From a virus (Duplodnaviria > Caudoviricetes), in IMG/VR virus record IMGVR_UViG_3300037852_000044, positions 1-52,923 of that record: 52,923 bases of DNA; one strand, given 5' to 3'. Every line of letters begins with the position of its first letter. Position 1 is the stretch's first letter. The notes under the pieces were generated by a model, which saw only the letters and a program-made list of their open reading frames with translations, was not told where the DNA came from and did not search any database. Shown here piece after piece: positions 27,904-36,798 of the stretch. Made by a program: the position numbers and the translations under genes.

Positions 27904-29474
27904 GGCCCAGCGGCTCCCTGATCCGGGGTAGACGGCGGCCCGGCCGTAAGCGCAGGTGGTGCCTGCCGTGCCGCTGGCATCGACGTGGCGGCCGCTACGG
28001 CGGCTCCTGCGCCCGGAGCGCCGGGCACCGCCGGAGCCGGGGCGACGGAGATGTCAGGGAAGAGCAGCGCGAGCGTCGGTGCCAGCTCTTCGAGCGTGAT
28101 CGGATTGCCGCGAGCGAGAATGTCGAACACGAGCCGCCGGGCACGCTCAGCGTTGTCGGCGATATCAGCTTCAGAGAAGCCGAGGACCGCCATATATGCG
28201 GTCTCCTTCAGCGTCCCGGCGGTGTACGCCTTCTGTGCGTTGTCGACGGTGACTTGATTCGGCAGCAGTTTGTCGAGATCGAAGTTCACCGCGAAGAGCC
28301 CCGGCGGGCGGCCGCGCATCCGCAACGCTGGGCGCAGGTAATAATGCGTGATCGCGTCGGCGATCAGTTCGAGCTTCGGCGCGAGATACGCCCGAGCGAA
28401 GTCCTCGGTGATCGTCCATGCGGTCCAGTGATTCGCCGTCTCTAGCCCGAGCAGGATCGCCGGGGGCAAGTTCATCCCCACCGCGAGCCGCTCGACGCAC
28501 GCGCGCCGCAACGGCTCGATCATCGCGTCGAGATCCTTGCCGAACTCCATGTGGAAAATGTTCTTGATGTGCTCGCCCTTGACGACGCTCACCATCGGCA
28601 CCACAGCCGACGCACTGTCAGGATCACGAATCGGCGCGGTCATCGCCTCAGTGATGAGATCGAGCCACCCGGCCGCGCCCTGACTGAGCGACTTCACTTG
28701 CGTCGTGTCATTCGGCGTCGCGGAACGCACCGGCGGCAACGTGATCTCTTCCGGTATCCACAAGATCCCCGCCGACGCGAGCCGCGACTTCACCGTCGCG
28801 GACACCATCGCCGTCAGCGCGGCGAGTTCACGGAGCACCGGCAGCATCGACCGCGTCGCGGAGTCCGCTTCCCAGCGCCGCTTCGGATGCGGCTGCCAGA
28901 TGCGGATCAGCAGCTCATTCTCCGTATCGATCGGACGCGGCATGCCGTTGATCTGCTGCACCATGATCCGGTTGCCGCCCGCTGATGTGACTTCCGTCGT
29001 CGCGAGCACTTCCCAATCAGCGCCGTCGATATCCGGGTTGTCCGTCGCGAGCACCCATGAGTCCCCGGCGACGTCGAGATGCCGGTAAAGCTGCGCGAGC
29101 GCTTGCGACTGGCCGGTCGAGCCGCCGAAGAGCTGATTCATGATGTCCGCGACGTCCGGATCTTTACTCGGCTGCGTGCCGAGTTCCCCGGTGACCGGGT
29201 CGACATCGACGCCGATGAGCCGCGACCGGGAGAGGTTATGCGCGCCGATGTTCACCCCGGAGTGGAACTCCGGGCAAGTGTCATAGTGCAGCCAAGCCTC
29301 TTGCTGCCAGTCGGTGCCGCCCCAGCGAATGTTCTGATAGCCCATCGTGACGCGGACGTTGATCGCCGCCGCGACCAGGCTCGCGGTCGACCGACTCGAC
29401 TCCGCGACATCAGTGACCGCCTGCCGGGCGGCGCGCCGCTCACGCCGATTACGAGGCACGGCGACCATCGTCAT
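27900..29474 (-). CDS. Portal protein
   Basis: WQQEAW, IRIWQPHP, SRLASAGILWIP and LLG..ANHWTAW motifs; synteny. Confidence 0.9.
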   Translation of the reverse strand: MTMVAVPRNRRERRAARQAVTDVAESSRSTASLVAAAINVRVTMGYQNIRWGGTDWQQEAWLHYDTCPEFHSGVNIGAHNLSRSRLIGVDVDPVTGELGTQPSKDPDVADIMNQLFGGSTGQSQALAQLYRHLDVAGDSWVLATDNPDIDGADWEVLATTEVTSAGGNRIMVQQINGMPRPIDTENELLIRIWQPHPKRRWEADSATRSMLPVLRELAALTAMVSATVKSRLASAGILWIPEEITLPPVRSATPNDTTQVKSLSQGAAGWLDLITEAMTAPIRDPDSASAVVPMVSVVKGEHIKNIFHMEFGKDLDAMIEPLRRACVERLAVGMNLPPAILLGLETANHWTAWTITEDFARAYLAPKLELIADAITHYYLRPALRMRGRPPGLFAVNFDLDKLLPNQVTVDNAQKAYTAGTLKETAYMAVLGFSEADIADNAERARRLVFDILARGNPITLEELAPTLALLFPDISVAPAPAVPGAPGAGAAVAAATSMPAARQAPPALTAGPPSTPDQGAAGP

Positions 29475-29779
29475 TGCCGGACCTCCACGCCCTTCACGAT
29501 CTGAGCGAGCACGCCGGTCAGCATCGACGACGCGAGCGCGAGCAGCGCGATCTGCACCGGCCAGAACTGATGCCACGCATAGGTCACCCCGGCGACCGCG
29601 CCCGAGACATAGATCGACGCGCACCACGGGCACGTCACCATGAACGCGACGCCGTCCGAGCCGTGCCGCTGAATGAACGCGCGCGGCGCGTCGAAGATCA
29701 CGTCGTCAGTGACGAGCCGTGTGAGCCGCGCCGTTGCGAGGGCTGCGAGGGCGACGAGCAGCCAGACGGCGTGAATCAC
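29471..29779 (-). CDS. DUF1360-like membrane protein
   Basis: ARLTRLVTDD and TCPWCASIY motifs; immediately upstream of portal. Confidence 0.75.
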   Translation of the reverse strand: MIHAVWLLVALAALATARLTRLVTDDVIFDAPRAFIQRHGSDGVAFMVTCPWCASIYVSGAVAGVTYAWHQFWPVQIALLALASSMLTGVLAQIVKGVEVRQ

Positions 29780-29785
29780 CGCCTA

Positions 29786-29805
29786 AGTGTCTCGGAGCCG
29801 GTCTA
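29786..29805 (-). promoter_or_regulatory. Late-promoter motif, leaderless (portal operon)
   Basis: TAGACC-N8-GACACT-N6-GTG. Confidence 0.6.
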
Positions 29806-29814
29806 GTAACGCAC

Positions 29815-29842
29815 GAGAGCCCCGCCCGAAGGCGAGGCTCTC
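29815..29842 (-). terminator. Hairpin/terminator with UUCG tetraloop
   Basis: Minus strand GAGAGCCTCGCC-TTCG-GGCGGGGCTCTC. Confidence 0.65.
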
Positions 29843-29864
29843 GGAGCAGCACCGGCCGCTGGCG

Positions 29865-30080
29865 CTAATGCTCCCACACGTCGGCGAGCAGCTTGCGCTG
29901 CTCCGGCCGAAGACTCATGAACGCCGAGCATGGAAGGCTCATGACCTCACGCGGCGACAGGCGGCGGGCGAAGTGCAGGCGTCCGGTGTAGACGTCGCGG
30001 TGCAGCCGGTAGCCGAGACGCCGGGCACGGGTGGCTGAGATCAGGATCATCGCAGCGAAGGCGAGCAGTTCGAGGATCAT
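29865..30080 (-). CDS. Small hypothetical protein with hydrophobic N-terminus
   Basis: ATGA overlap with the upstream gene. Confidence 0.5.
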   Translation of the reverse strand: MILELLAFAAMILISATRARRLGYRLHRDVYTGRLHFARRLSPREVMSLPCSAFMSLRPEQRKLLADVWEH

Positions 30081-30427
30081 CGCGCGGGCACCCACGGCTC
30101 AACCTGGCTCGCTGCGTCGCACAGAGCGCAGAGATCCGGGTCGCTCGCAAGCAGTGTGGCGTCGCATCCGACGCATGTCTTGCCGATCGGCGCGGGGAAA
30201 ATCACGTAGCCCCAGATGCCGACGATCTGATCGCCGCCGCCGTCATAGACGTGAATCGCGCCGGTCGAGCCGGTCGCGCGAGCGAGATCATGTGCGGCTT
30301 CGATGACGTGCTCAGCTTCGCCCCGGTCCGGGTCGTTGTCGAAGACGATCGCGCCGATGGTCGGCTCGTCGCCTTCCCAGCGGAAGATGTGGCTCGCGCC
30401 GGGCTGCGTGTAGGTCACTCGGGTCAT
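30077..30427 (-). CDS. Hypothetical protein with C-terminal CxxC...CxxC
   Basis: SD AAGGAG; early cassette C upstream. Confidence 0.7.
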   Translation of the reverse strand: MTRVTYTQPGASHIFRWEGDEPTIGAIVFDNDPDRGEAEHVIEAAHDLARATGSTGAIHVYDGGGDQIVGIWGYVIFPAPIGKTCVGCDATLLASDPDLCALCDAASQVEPWVPAR

Positions 30428-30432
30428 CTCGG

Positions 30433-30478
30433 TTCTCCTTCGGGGTGGGTTCGTTCTGTCGGTATGAGTCCGACAATA
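30433..30478 (-). promoter_or_regulatory. Early promoter/operator cassette copy C
   Basis: TATTGTCGGACTCATACCGAC...AACCCACCCCGAAGGAG. Confidence 0.7.
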
Positions 30479-30501
30479 GCGCATGCCGGGGCTAGGCGGC
30501 A

Positions 30502-30672
30502 CTAGATAGCGGATTCCGGCGGCCCAGCATCGACATCGGACCGCCAGAGCCCCGGAATCACGGGGATTTCCTCAGTCGGCGGGCCGCCGTCCGGCTCGCC
30601 GTGATGCTCCCGGTAGCCGACCCCAGTGACGATCGTGAAGATCAGCCAGACCGCACGGCCGAACCGCTTCAT
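30502..30672 (-). CDS. Small membrane protein (MKRFGRAVWLIFTIVTGVG..., 56 aa)
   Basis: Manually translated; ATGA overlap. Confidence 0.5.
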   Translation of the reverse strand: MKRFGRAVWLIFTIVTGVGYREHHGEPDGGPPTEEIPVIPGLWRSDVDAGPPESAI

Positions 30673-30887
30673 AGCGCGCGCCTAGCAGCGCCAGGGCCGA
30701 ACCCGCTCGGCCGCCGCTCTTCATACGGCTCGACGCGCTGATCCCACGGCGGCGGCGGCGACGCGGTCAGATCCGCCGACTGCGCGCCTGCGACCAGCGA
30801 TGCGTCTTTCGCGGCGTCCTCATCTCGCGCATCGTCGCCCGTGCAGATCAGGAACGAGCGGTGCCGCGTCGTCAGGTGCAGCCGCAT
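30669..30887 (-). CDS. Hypothetical protein
   Basis: SD GAGG; fills the gap. Confidence 0.55.
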   Translation of the reverse strand: MRLHLTTRHRSFLICTGDDARDEDAAKDASLVAGAQSADLTASPPPPWDQRVEPYEERRPSGFGPGAARRAL

Positions 30888-30897
30888 GACCGCCTCG

Positions 30898-31443
30898 CTA
30901 GCTAGCCGTGGCGGTCTTCGCTGCCGCTTGCAGCATCGTCGTGTGAATCACGTCGACACGAGCGCGAGCACGGGCGGCGACCATCGGATCGCGGATCACC
31001 GTGAGCTGATTGTCCTGCTTGCTCTCCCCGGAATCCGACCAGTTCGTGCTGCCTTCGATGACGTCAAGGCCGTCGACGATGACCATCTTCAGGTGCATGA
31101 TTGCGCCCTTCTCGCTCCGGCCGACCGCTACCGATGACGCCGGGTAGTTCGACTGGGCGAGTAGCGCCTTTTCATGCACTCCGGACGCTTGGGAGCTGTC
31201 GAGGGTGAGCTGGACGAACAGATGCTCGGTGTTGAGCTTCTCCGTCAGCGCGGCGGCGAGATCATCATCGTCGAAGCCATACATCGCGACGACGAGGGAT
31301 TGGGTCGCGGACTTGATGACGTCGACGAGCGCGCCGTGAACGTCATCGACTGGGGAAAAGAACCGGCGTTCGTTGTCCGGATAGCCGGGTGCGAAGCCTT
31401 GCGGGCAGTGCTTGTCGAGCAGCGAGAGCGACGCGAGTGACAT
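30898..31443 (-). CDS. Phospholipase D-superfamily protein (single HKD; Nuc-like nuclease/phosphodiesterase)
   Basis: MHLKMVIVD (HxKxxxxD) and GSTNWS; FFSP and VAMYGF N-terminal motifs. Confidence 0.88.
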   Translation of the reverse strand: MSLASLSLLDKHCPQGFAPGYPDNERRFFSPVDDVHGALVDVIKSATQSLVVAMYGFDDDDLAAALTEKLNTEHLFVQLTLDSSQASGVHEKALLAQSNYPASSVAVGRSEKGAIMHLKMVIVDGLDVIEGSTNWSDSGESKQDNQLTVIRDPMVAARARARVDVIHTTMLQAAAKTATAS

Positions 31444-31445
31444 CG

Positions 31446-31763
31446 CTACGGGCCAGGAGCCGGTGCTGGCGGCGGGTCGTCCTTCGCGACGGCGGCGGCG
31501 AGCGCAGCCTGAGCGGCCTTCACGGAGGCATCCATCGCGTCGAGATCTGCTTGCGGGACGGTGCCGCCTGCGGCGATCGTCGCGAGCGCTGCGGCGAGCT
31601 TCGCCGCAAGATCGTCGAGTGCGGTCGTCGCGCCGGTCACGGCGGTCGTCAGAGTTGCCACATCGGCTACGAGCTGGGAGTCAGCGGCCATGAGTTGCTC
31701 CATCTTCTCGTCGAGTTGAGCGAGCCGGTCGAGGATCATCCGGAACGGCGACTGACGCGGCAC
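31446..31763 (-). CDS. Ala-rich coiled-coil protein
   Basis: Heptad-like pattern, Pro-rich end; late promoter TAGACC-N8-CAGACT at 31771-31790. Confidence 0.7.
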   Translation of the reverse strand: MPRQSPFRMILDRLAQLDEKMEQLMAADSQLVADVATLTTAVTGATTALDDLAAKLAAALATIAAGGTVPQADLDAMDASVKAAQAALAAAVAKDDPPPAPAPGP

Positions 31764-31806
31764 AGTTCCCAGTCTGCCCGCGCCGGTCTAACTCGGTGAG
31801 ACCGCG

Positions 31807-31896
31807 CTAGAACGCGCCGTGAGCGTGCAACACGAGCAGGCCCACGACGACAACGATGACCACGACGGCGGCCCAAAACGCTTCGCGCGCGCTCAT
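31807..31896 (-). CDS. 29-aa single-TM peptide
   Basis: MSAREAFWAAVVVIVVVVGLLVLHAHGAF; TAGACC-N9-TAAAGT-N7-ATG upstream. Confidence 0.55.
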   Translation of the reverse strand: MSAREAFWAAVVVIVVVVGLLVLHAHGAF

Positions 31897-31921
31897 AGGC
31901 CGCACTTTAGTCCCGCCCGGT

Positions 31922-32161
31922 CTAGTCGCCCATGCCCTCCTGGCCCTTCGGCGCAGGCGAGAAGTCCACGTAGTATTCCTCGCCGACATCGAACTGCTCG
32001 ATCGCTAGTTCGTTGCGGATCGACATCTCGATCGTGCCCGCAGGTGTGGCCGACGCCCACTTCTTGTTGTCCTCGCCACGGGTCACCGCCGACAGCCGCA
32101 CCTTGCCGCCGCCGATCATCTTCGAGATCTCCGTGCAGTAGAACTTTGCCCTGACGCTCAT
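31922..32161 (-). CDS. Conserved-looking small phage protein (MSVRAKF...ATPAG...YYVDF)
   Basis: SD GGAGG; motif pattern recalled from other phage hypotheticals. Confidence 0.75.
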   Translation of the reverse strand: MSVRAKFYCTEISKMIGGGKVRLSAVTRGEDNKKWASATPAGTIEMSIRNELAIEQFDVGEEYYVDFSPAPKGQEGMGD

Positions 32162-32239
32162 CGCAGCCTCCAGCTGCTCGAAGGGATGAAAACACCTGAG
32201 CGGCTGCGAGGGGACGAAGGTCCAACCCGACCGATGCTC

Positions 32240-32259
32240 ACTATAGGCCGCCGCGTCTA
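32240..32259 (-). promoter_or_regulatory. Late-promoter motif overlapping the terminase stop
   Basis: TAGACG-N8-TATAGT. Confidence 0.55.
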
Positions 32260-33821
32260 CTCCGCGACCCGTAGACGACAGGCATGCGGCTCGACGGCTG
32301 ATCAGCCCGGCGGCCGCGCCGCTCACGCGCCGCCGGAGACGCGACATCAGCCCGGCTCGGCCCTGTGGTATAGAGCCAGCCGATCGAATGCACAAGCGCG
32401 TCGAGCCGGTCCGGCGAATCGGAATCGAACGGCACCCACGTCGTCTGCTGCCCTTCAAGGATCGGCAACACCCCGACGTGATGAACCCGCGACGTCGGCG
32501 ACGGTTTGCCTTTCACTTGCCGATCTTTGCCCTGCTCGTAGAGCGCGGCAACCGGCTCCGCGCGCAACCGCTTCGACCGCGATGCCGAGACATCTTCGAC
32601 GGAGAACAGGCGCGGCTCAATCTCGCGCTGCTCGACCATCTGCTGATACGTCGTCTCGATCACCGTCGGAATCCAATCGCCACCATAGTTCGACTCATAG
32701 ACGATCGCGTCGGCTTGATATTCGATCACCGCGAGAATCACCCGCCGCGCCGCCTGCGTCGGCGTGCCGTTCACCGACAGATCAGCGATGACATAGAACT
32801 CCGGGTGCGACCGTTCACCGGCTGAACCGCTGACGATGATGCCGTGCTCATCGTGGGTCTCCCCTTCACCGCCGGACGGGTCGAACGCGACGCATATCTT
32901 GTGCAGCTCCGGCGCAGTCTCGACGCGGCCGTTATTGATGATCTCCTGCGTCCAGAGAGCGCCTTCGATGTCTTCGAGCAGCTCGGCGTCGAGTTCCTGG
33001 CGACCGAGCGTCGTGCCGACGAGCGGGTCGATGACTTCTCGCCGGTAGTCGTCAGACAGGTTGTGGACGTTCTCGATCGTGCGGCCGCGTGTGATCGTGA
33101 CGCTGCCCGGACGCTGTAGCAGCCCGGCGTGATCGGGTTTCTCTTCTGCTTCGGCGTCAGAGATTTTCAGCAGCGGCACCGGCCGGGGCGTCGTCGTCAG
33201 GCATGCCTGATTGCGGAATGTCGCCTTGTCCGGCCAGTTGCGGCGCGGTCGAAGACGTAGCCCGATGTTCGCGTTACTCCACGTCGTGTCGCGTGCTGTG
33301 CCGCGCGCGGCGTCTTGCCAGTAGGACGGCTCATCGCCCCAGAGGTAGTGATGCTGCGGGCCGCGAAGCTGACGCGGCCGCTCAGACGTAAAGCATTTGA
33401 ACCGCGAGCCGTTCGCCATGAACAGTTCGCCGAGCGAGCGGTTCCATGCGGTCTCGACGCGGCCGCCGCGCAACTCCCACGGCCGGAGCACCGCGAGCAG
33501 CCCAGTCTCGCCCTCGACCATCGTGTCGCGCGCGTCGCTGAATGTCGGCGCGATCAGCGCGCACCGCGCGCCCGGATGCCGCCGCGCTTTGTCGGCAATC
33601 CACTCAGCTCCGGTGCGCGTCTTGCCCCAGCCGCGTCCGGCGAGGATCAGCCACCAGCGTTTGACGCGCGACGGTTCCTTCTGCTCCGGCCGCCGCCAGT
33701 ACCACCACGGCTGACTACCATCGGCGAGTTCGGCGGCTTGCCCCGCCGGGAGGCTGCGGACCCATGCGGCGCGGATCTCCATGCTCGCATAGCGCAGCCG
33801 GTCCGCGACCGACGACGCCAC
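32241..33821 (-). CDS. terL: Terminase large subunit
   Basis: AGRGWGKT Walker A, LRGPQ, LWGDE Walker B, VAFDPS and PDRLDALV nuclease motifs. Confidence 0.95.
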   Translation of the reverse strand: MASSVADRLRYASMEIRAAWVRSLPAGQAAELADGSQPWWYWRRPEQKEPSRVKRWWLILAGRGWGKTRTGAEWIADKARRHPGARCALIAPTFSDARDTMVEGETGLLAVLRPWELRGGRVETAWNRSLGELFMANGSRFKCFTSERPRQLRGPQHHYLWGDEPSYWQDAARGTARDTTWSNANIGLRLRPRRNWPDKATFRNQACLTTTPRPVPLLKISDAEAEEKPDHAGLLQRPGSVTITRGRTIENVHNLSDDYRREVIDPLVGTTLGRQELDAELLEDIEGALWTQEIINNGRVETAPELHKICVAFDPSGGEGETHDEHGIIVSGSAGERSHPEFYVIADLSVNGTPTQAARRVILAVIEYQADAIVYESNYGGDWIPTVIETTYQQMVEQREIEPRLFSVEDVSASRSKRLRAEPVAALYEQGKDRQVKGKPSPTSRVHHVGVLPILEGQQTTWVPFDSDSPDRLDALVHSIGWLYTTGPSRADVASPAARERRGRRADQPSSRMPVVYGSRSRRGGL

Positions 33822-33825
33822 GGCG

Positions 33826-34392
33826 TCAGCCGGATATCTCTAGCGGCGGGCCCAGCAGCTCGTTTACCGCCGCGACCGCCGCGTCATACGCCTCGTCGTC
33901 GTTGTCGAAGACTCGCGCTTCAAGCTGTATTGGGCCGCCGTCAGCGCCGGTCAACTGGATGCGCCGGACCGCGTCGAGGCCGAGCAGATCCGCGCGGCGC
34001 TTCTCGATCTTCAAGACGCGGTCGATCGCTTCGAGATCGCCGTTGCTGACACGGTCGGCGATGCGCAGCAGCATGTAATCGAGCCGGGCGACCGATTCAT
34101 CGATGTAGTCGCCGATCTGATCGAGTTTGACCTTCGCGAGAGCTTCACGGACATCGGCCGAGGCGGCTTTGTTGTCATAGTTGTCGAGCCCGTACTGGCG
34201 GCTGATCGCTTCGGCGATCTCGATGAAGTTCGCGCCGTTGCGGCGCAGCGCGACGGCTTGCCGACGGCGTTCGGCGAGCGCAATCGCGGCGGGGCTGGAC
34301 TTCGACTTCGCACCGCCGCGCGCGGTCGGTGACGTCGGGCGCAGCTCGAAGACTTTCGCGTCCGGATCAGCGGGCGTCTTCCGGCCGGTCAC
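33826..34392 (-). CDS. terS: Terminase small subunit
   Basis: HTH (AVALRRNGANFIEIAE), RRADLLGLD and TGADGGPI motifs; adjacent to terL. Confidence 0.85.
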   Translation of the reverse strand: MTGRKTPADPDAKVFELRPTSPTARGGAKSKSSPAAIALAERRRQAVALRRNGANFIEIAEAISRQYGLDNYDNKAASADVREALAKVKLDQIGDYIDESVARLDYMLLRIADRVSNGDLEAIDRVLKIEKRRADLLGLDAVRRIQLTGADGGPIQLEARVFDNDDEAYDAAVAAVNELLGPPLEISG

Positions 34393-34697
34393 CGGATCGG
34401 CACTTCACGATTGCCGGTCAACGGGATCACATTGCTCGCCGCCGGTTCACGCTTACGCAGCGCGACACACGTCGCCATATGCGGCATGTAGAGCGTCTCG
34501 CCCCGGCTGGGCGCGTTGTCGCTCTTCGTGAGTGTGCGGCCTTGAAACGTGCCGCTCACGTCACGGTAAACCGCGACGTTGCCCGTGCTGTCCGGTTCGA
34601 GGTTGACCGGCATGTTCTTACCATTCGGTGTCTTGACGAAAAAGATCAGCCCGCCGCAGCCGCGACACGGCGACGCGGCTGCCTTCTCGGCGCTCAC
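34389..34697 (-). CDS. Zn-binding hypothetical protein (CxxC...PHxxxC)
   Basis: CRGCGGLIFFVKT..MPVN...YMPHMATC. Confidence 0.75.
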   Translation of the reverse strand: MSAEKAAASPCRGCGGLIFFVKTPNGKNMPVNLEPDSTGNVAVYRDVSGTFQGRTLTKSDNAPSRGETLYMPHMATCVALRKREPAASNVIPLTGNREVPIR

Positions 34698-34945
34698 AGT
34701 TTCCCCGCCGCTTTCGCAGAGTCCCGCGCCGCCTGCCGGATCGTCGGCACATCACACGCGCGCGATAGGTGCAGCATCGCTTCGAGCAGATTGCAATAAA
34801 GCACGAGACCGTCAACGATCTCCGTGCCGCTCATCTCGATCAGATCGTGTGACGTCCATGTCCCGGCGTCGACCTCTTCTACTGCGTCGATCGCGTCGAG
34901 AGTCAGCCGGGCTCGTTCCTTCGGTTGGATCGATGCGCGAGTCAT
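34694..34945 (-). CDS. Hypothetical protein
   Basis: Start MTRASIQ, overlapping the upstream stop. Confidence 0.6.
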   Translation of the reverse strand: MTRASIQPKERARLTLDAIDAVEEVDAGTWTSHDLIEMSGTEIVDGLVLYCNLLEAMLHLSRACDVPTIRQAARDSAKAAGKL

Positions 34946-35178
34946 ACCCGTGCGCCTTGATCGCGGATCTCTTTCAGCACGCCGCAGATCCGCGCTTTGC
35001 TGTAGCCGAGATGATCGGCGATCTGCTGCGGACCCCAGCGGCGCTGGCATGTCAGCCGCCAGATCGTCACGCGCGCTTCGGACGGTGAGAGATCCGTCTG
35101 GCGGCCGTCCATCGCACGGCTGACCGCGACGCTGTCGAGGATGCCGTCTTCTCTGCGGCGTCCGCAGCATGCGGTCAT
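34942..35178 (-). CDS. HTH DNA-binding protein (sigma-70 region 4-like)
   Basis: LSPSE...GPQQIADHLGYSKARI. Confidence 0.7.
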   Translation of the reverse strand: MTACCGRRREDGILDSVAVSRAMDGRQTDLSPSEARVTIWRLTCQRRWGPQQIADHLGYSKARICGVLKEIRDQGARV

Positions 35179-35537
35179 TGGGCGGCGGCCTTCCGGTGAA
35201 GATCAGGTGAGGGGATGGTAACCCCAGCGGCGGCCGCCCAGGAAGCTAGCTCCGGATCTTCGATCACCCGCGCCTTCTCCCAGTTCCGTCGCCGGAGTAT
35301 CTGACCGGCCCACACGCCGGACGCGCGAGCACCCAATTCGTGACGGCGAGACGAGCACGCTTCAAGCGCCGGACAGACCCGCTTGCAGATGTTCGCCGCC
35401 GCCCGCTTATCCCCTTCGCTGGAATCCTCATCCCACAACTCCGGCGCGTCCTGGCACGGGACATGATCGAACGGACGGCCAACCGCGTCATGCAGCGGCG
35501 CGAGCAGCGCCAGCCGGAGACTCACATCATCACGCAT
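35175..35537 (-). CDS. whiB: WhiB-family Fe-S transcription factor
   Basis: Four Cys (CQDAPELW...CKRVCPALEAC) and the GVWAG turn. Confidence 0.85.
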   Translation of the reverse strand: MRDDVSLRLALLAPLHDAVGRPFDHVPCQDAPELWDEDSSEGDKRAAANICKRVCPALEACSSRRHELGARASGVWAGQILRRRNWEKARVIEDPELASWAAAAGVTIPSPDLHRKAAAQ

Positions 35538-35540
35538 CGC

Positions 35541-36131
35541 TCAGCCAGCGCTCCGCAAGATCAGCCACAGCGCCGGGGGCTCGGCGCGCTGCCATGCGTG
35601 CAGTATGGGCCAGCTCGCGGTGAGATAGCGAGGATCGTCGCCGTCGATGATCGGCTCATAAGGCACCGGATGATTTACCGCCGTGTCGTGCTGATGCAGA
35701 GCGTCGATCGCCGGTTTCATTGTGGCGACCAAGTTGTCGATGTCGCGGAATCGGTTCGTCTTCGGCCGGAAATGCATCTCGACGTGAACATGGCTCAGGT
35801 GTGGGATCTCGGCGACGATGACAGCGTTGCGGACGACCGCCTTGATCCGGGCGACCGCGTTCGCGTGCGCCATGTAATGCATGCGGTCATTCAGGCTCAG
35901 CGGCGCTTTGCCCTTCGGGGTGAGCGCCGCGTCGATGTCGACACGCCACTCTGCGACCTCGTCACGCGGATCAACGGCACCCGTGCGGCCCTCAACGAAG
36001 CGGGCAGCGACTTCGTAGGGGCATGCTTGTCCATTGTGGAACGCAGGATGACTGATCGATTCCGATGCCGGTCCCATCCACTCGCATAGCATCCGAACTT
36101 GACATGCAAGCGGCGCGAGCGTCGCGATCAT
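35541..36131 (-). CDS. rusA: RusA-like Holliday junction resolvase
   Basis: LSLNDR, RDIDNL..TMKPAIDAL and DGDD motifs. Confidence 0.8.
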   Translation of the reverse strand: MIATLAPLACQVRMLCEWMGPASESISHPAFHNGQACPYEVAARFVEGRTGAVDPRDEVAEWRVDIDAALTPKGKAPLSLNDRMHYMAHANAVARIKAVVRNAVIVAEIPHLSHVHVEMHFRPKTNRFRDIDNLVATMKPAIDALHQHDTAVNHPVPYEPIIDGDDPRYLTASWPILHAWQRAEPPALWLILRSAG

Positions 36132-36388
36132 CGTCGCGCCGGTTCGTCGGTCTCGTCTTGCCGGTCGATGACGATGCCGGAGATCCCCGACATGATCGCG
36201 AACTTCACGCCGGGGAACCGCTCTTCAAGCTGCATGCTGATCATGCCGAGCAGCTCTTGGGGATGATCGACCGCTGACGTGAGCAGCACTTGATCTCCCG
36301 GCCGGATCTGCGTCGCGGCGGCCTCGAAGACAACCGTGAGACTCGTCGAATGCAGCACGCCCGAGGGCGCTCGGCGCGTCGGGCTCAT
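36128..36388 (-). CDS. Hypothetical protein
   Basis: Coupled overlaps at both ends. Confidence 0.65.
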   Translation of the reverse strand: MSPTRRAPSGVLHSTSLTVVFEAAATQIRPGDQVLLTSAVDHPQELLGMISMQLEERFPGVKFAIMSGISGIVIDRQDETDEPARR

Positions 36389-36798
36389 TTGCGGCCGGAC
36401 GTCTTCGAGCCGATCTGCGTCACCTTGTCTGCCTGCTCACGCTCAGCGGCGGCGCGCTCTTCATCGAGACGTAACTGACCGGCGGCCTCATCCTTGCGGC
36501 GAGTGATCTCTTCCGCTGCCGCTTGCAGCAACTTCCCGGCGAGTTCACCGTCGCACTCGGTGATCGCCGCCGCGTCGACGGTATGCACGCGTGTCACGAT
36601 GCCGTCGCGGCTCCGCGCATGATTGATCTGGCTCACTTTGCCGCGCAGCACGTAGAAGACCTCTTCGTCGAGCTGCAACGCGACCGGATCGATCGTCAAC
36701 GCTTCGGATAGTCCGTCTCCGGCTTTCACGATCCGCACGGTCGCACGGTGAACTTGGTTGCGCTCGAATAGCGGGAGCTGATTCTTGTCGACGGTCAT
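36385..36798 (-). CDS. Hypothetical protein
   Basis: Start MTVDKN with SD GAGGA; AGDGLSEAL motif. Confidence 0.75.
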   Translation of the reverse strand: MTVDKNQLPLFERNQVHRATVRIVKAGDGLSEALTIDPVALQLDEEVFYVLRGKVSQINHARSRDGIVTRVHTVDAAAITECDGELAGKLLQAAAEEITRRKDEAAGQLRLDEERAAAEREQADKVTQIGSKTSGRK

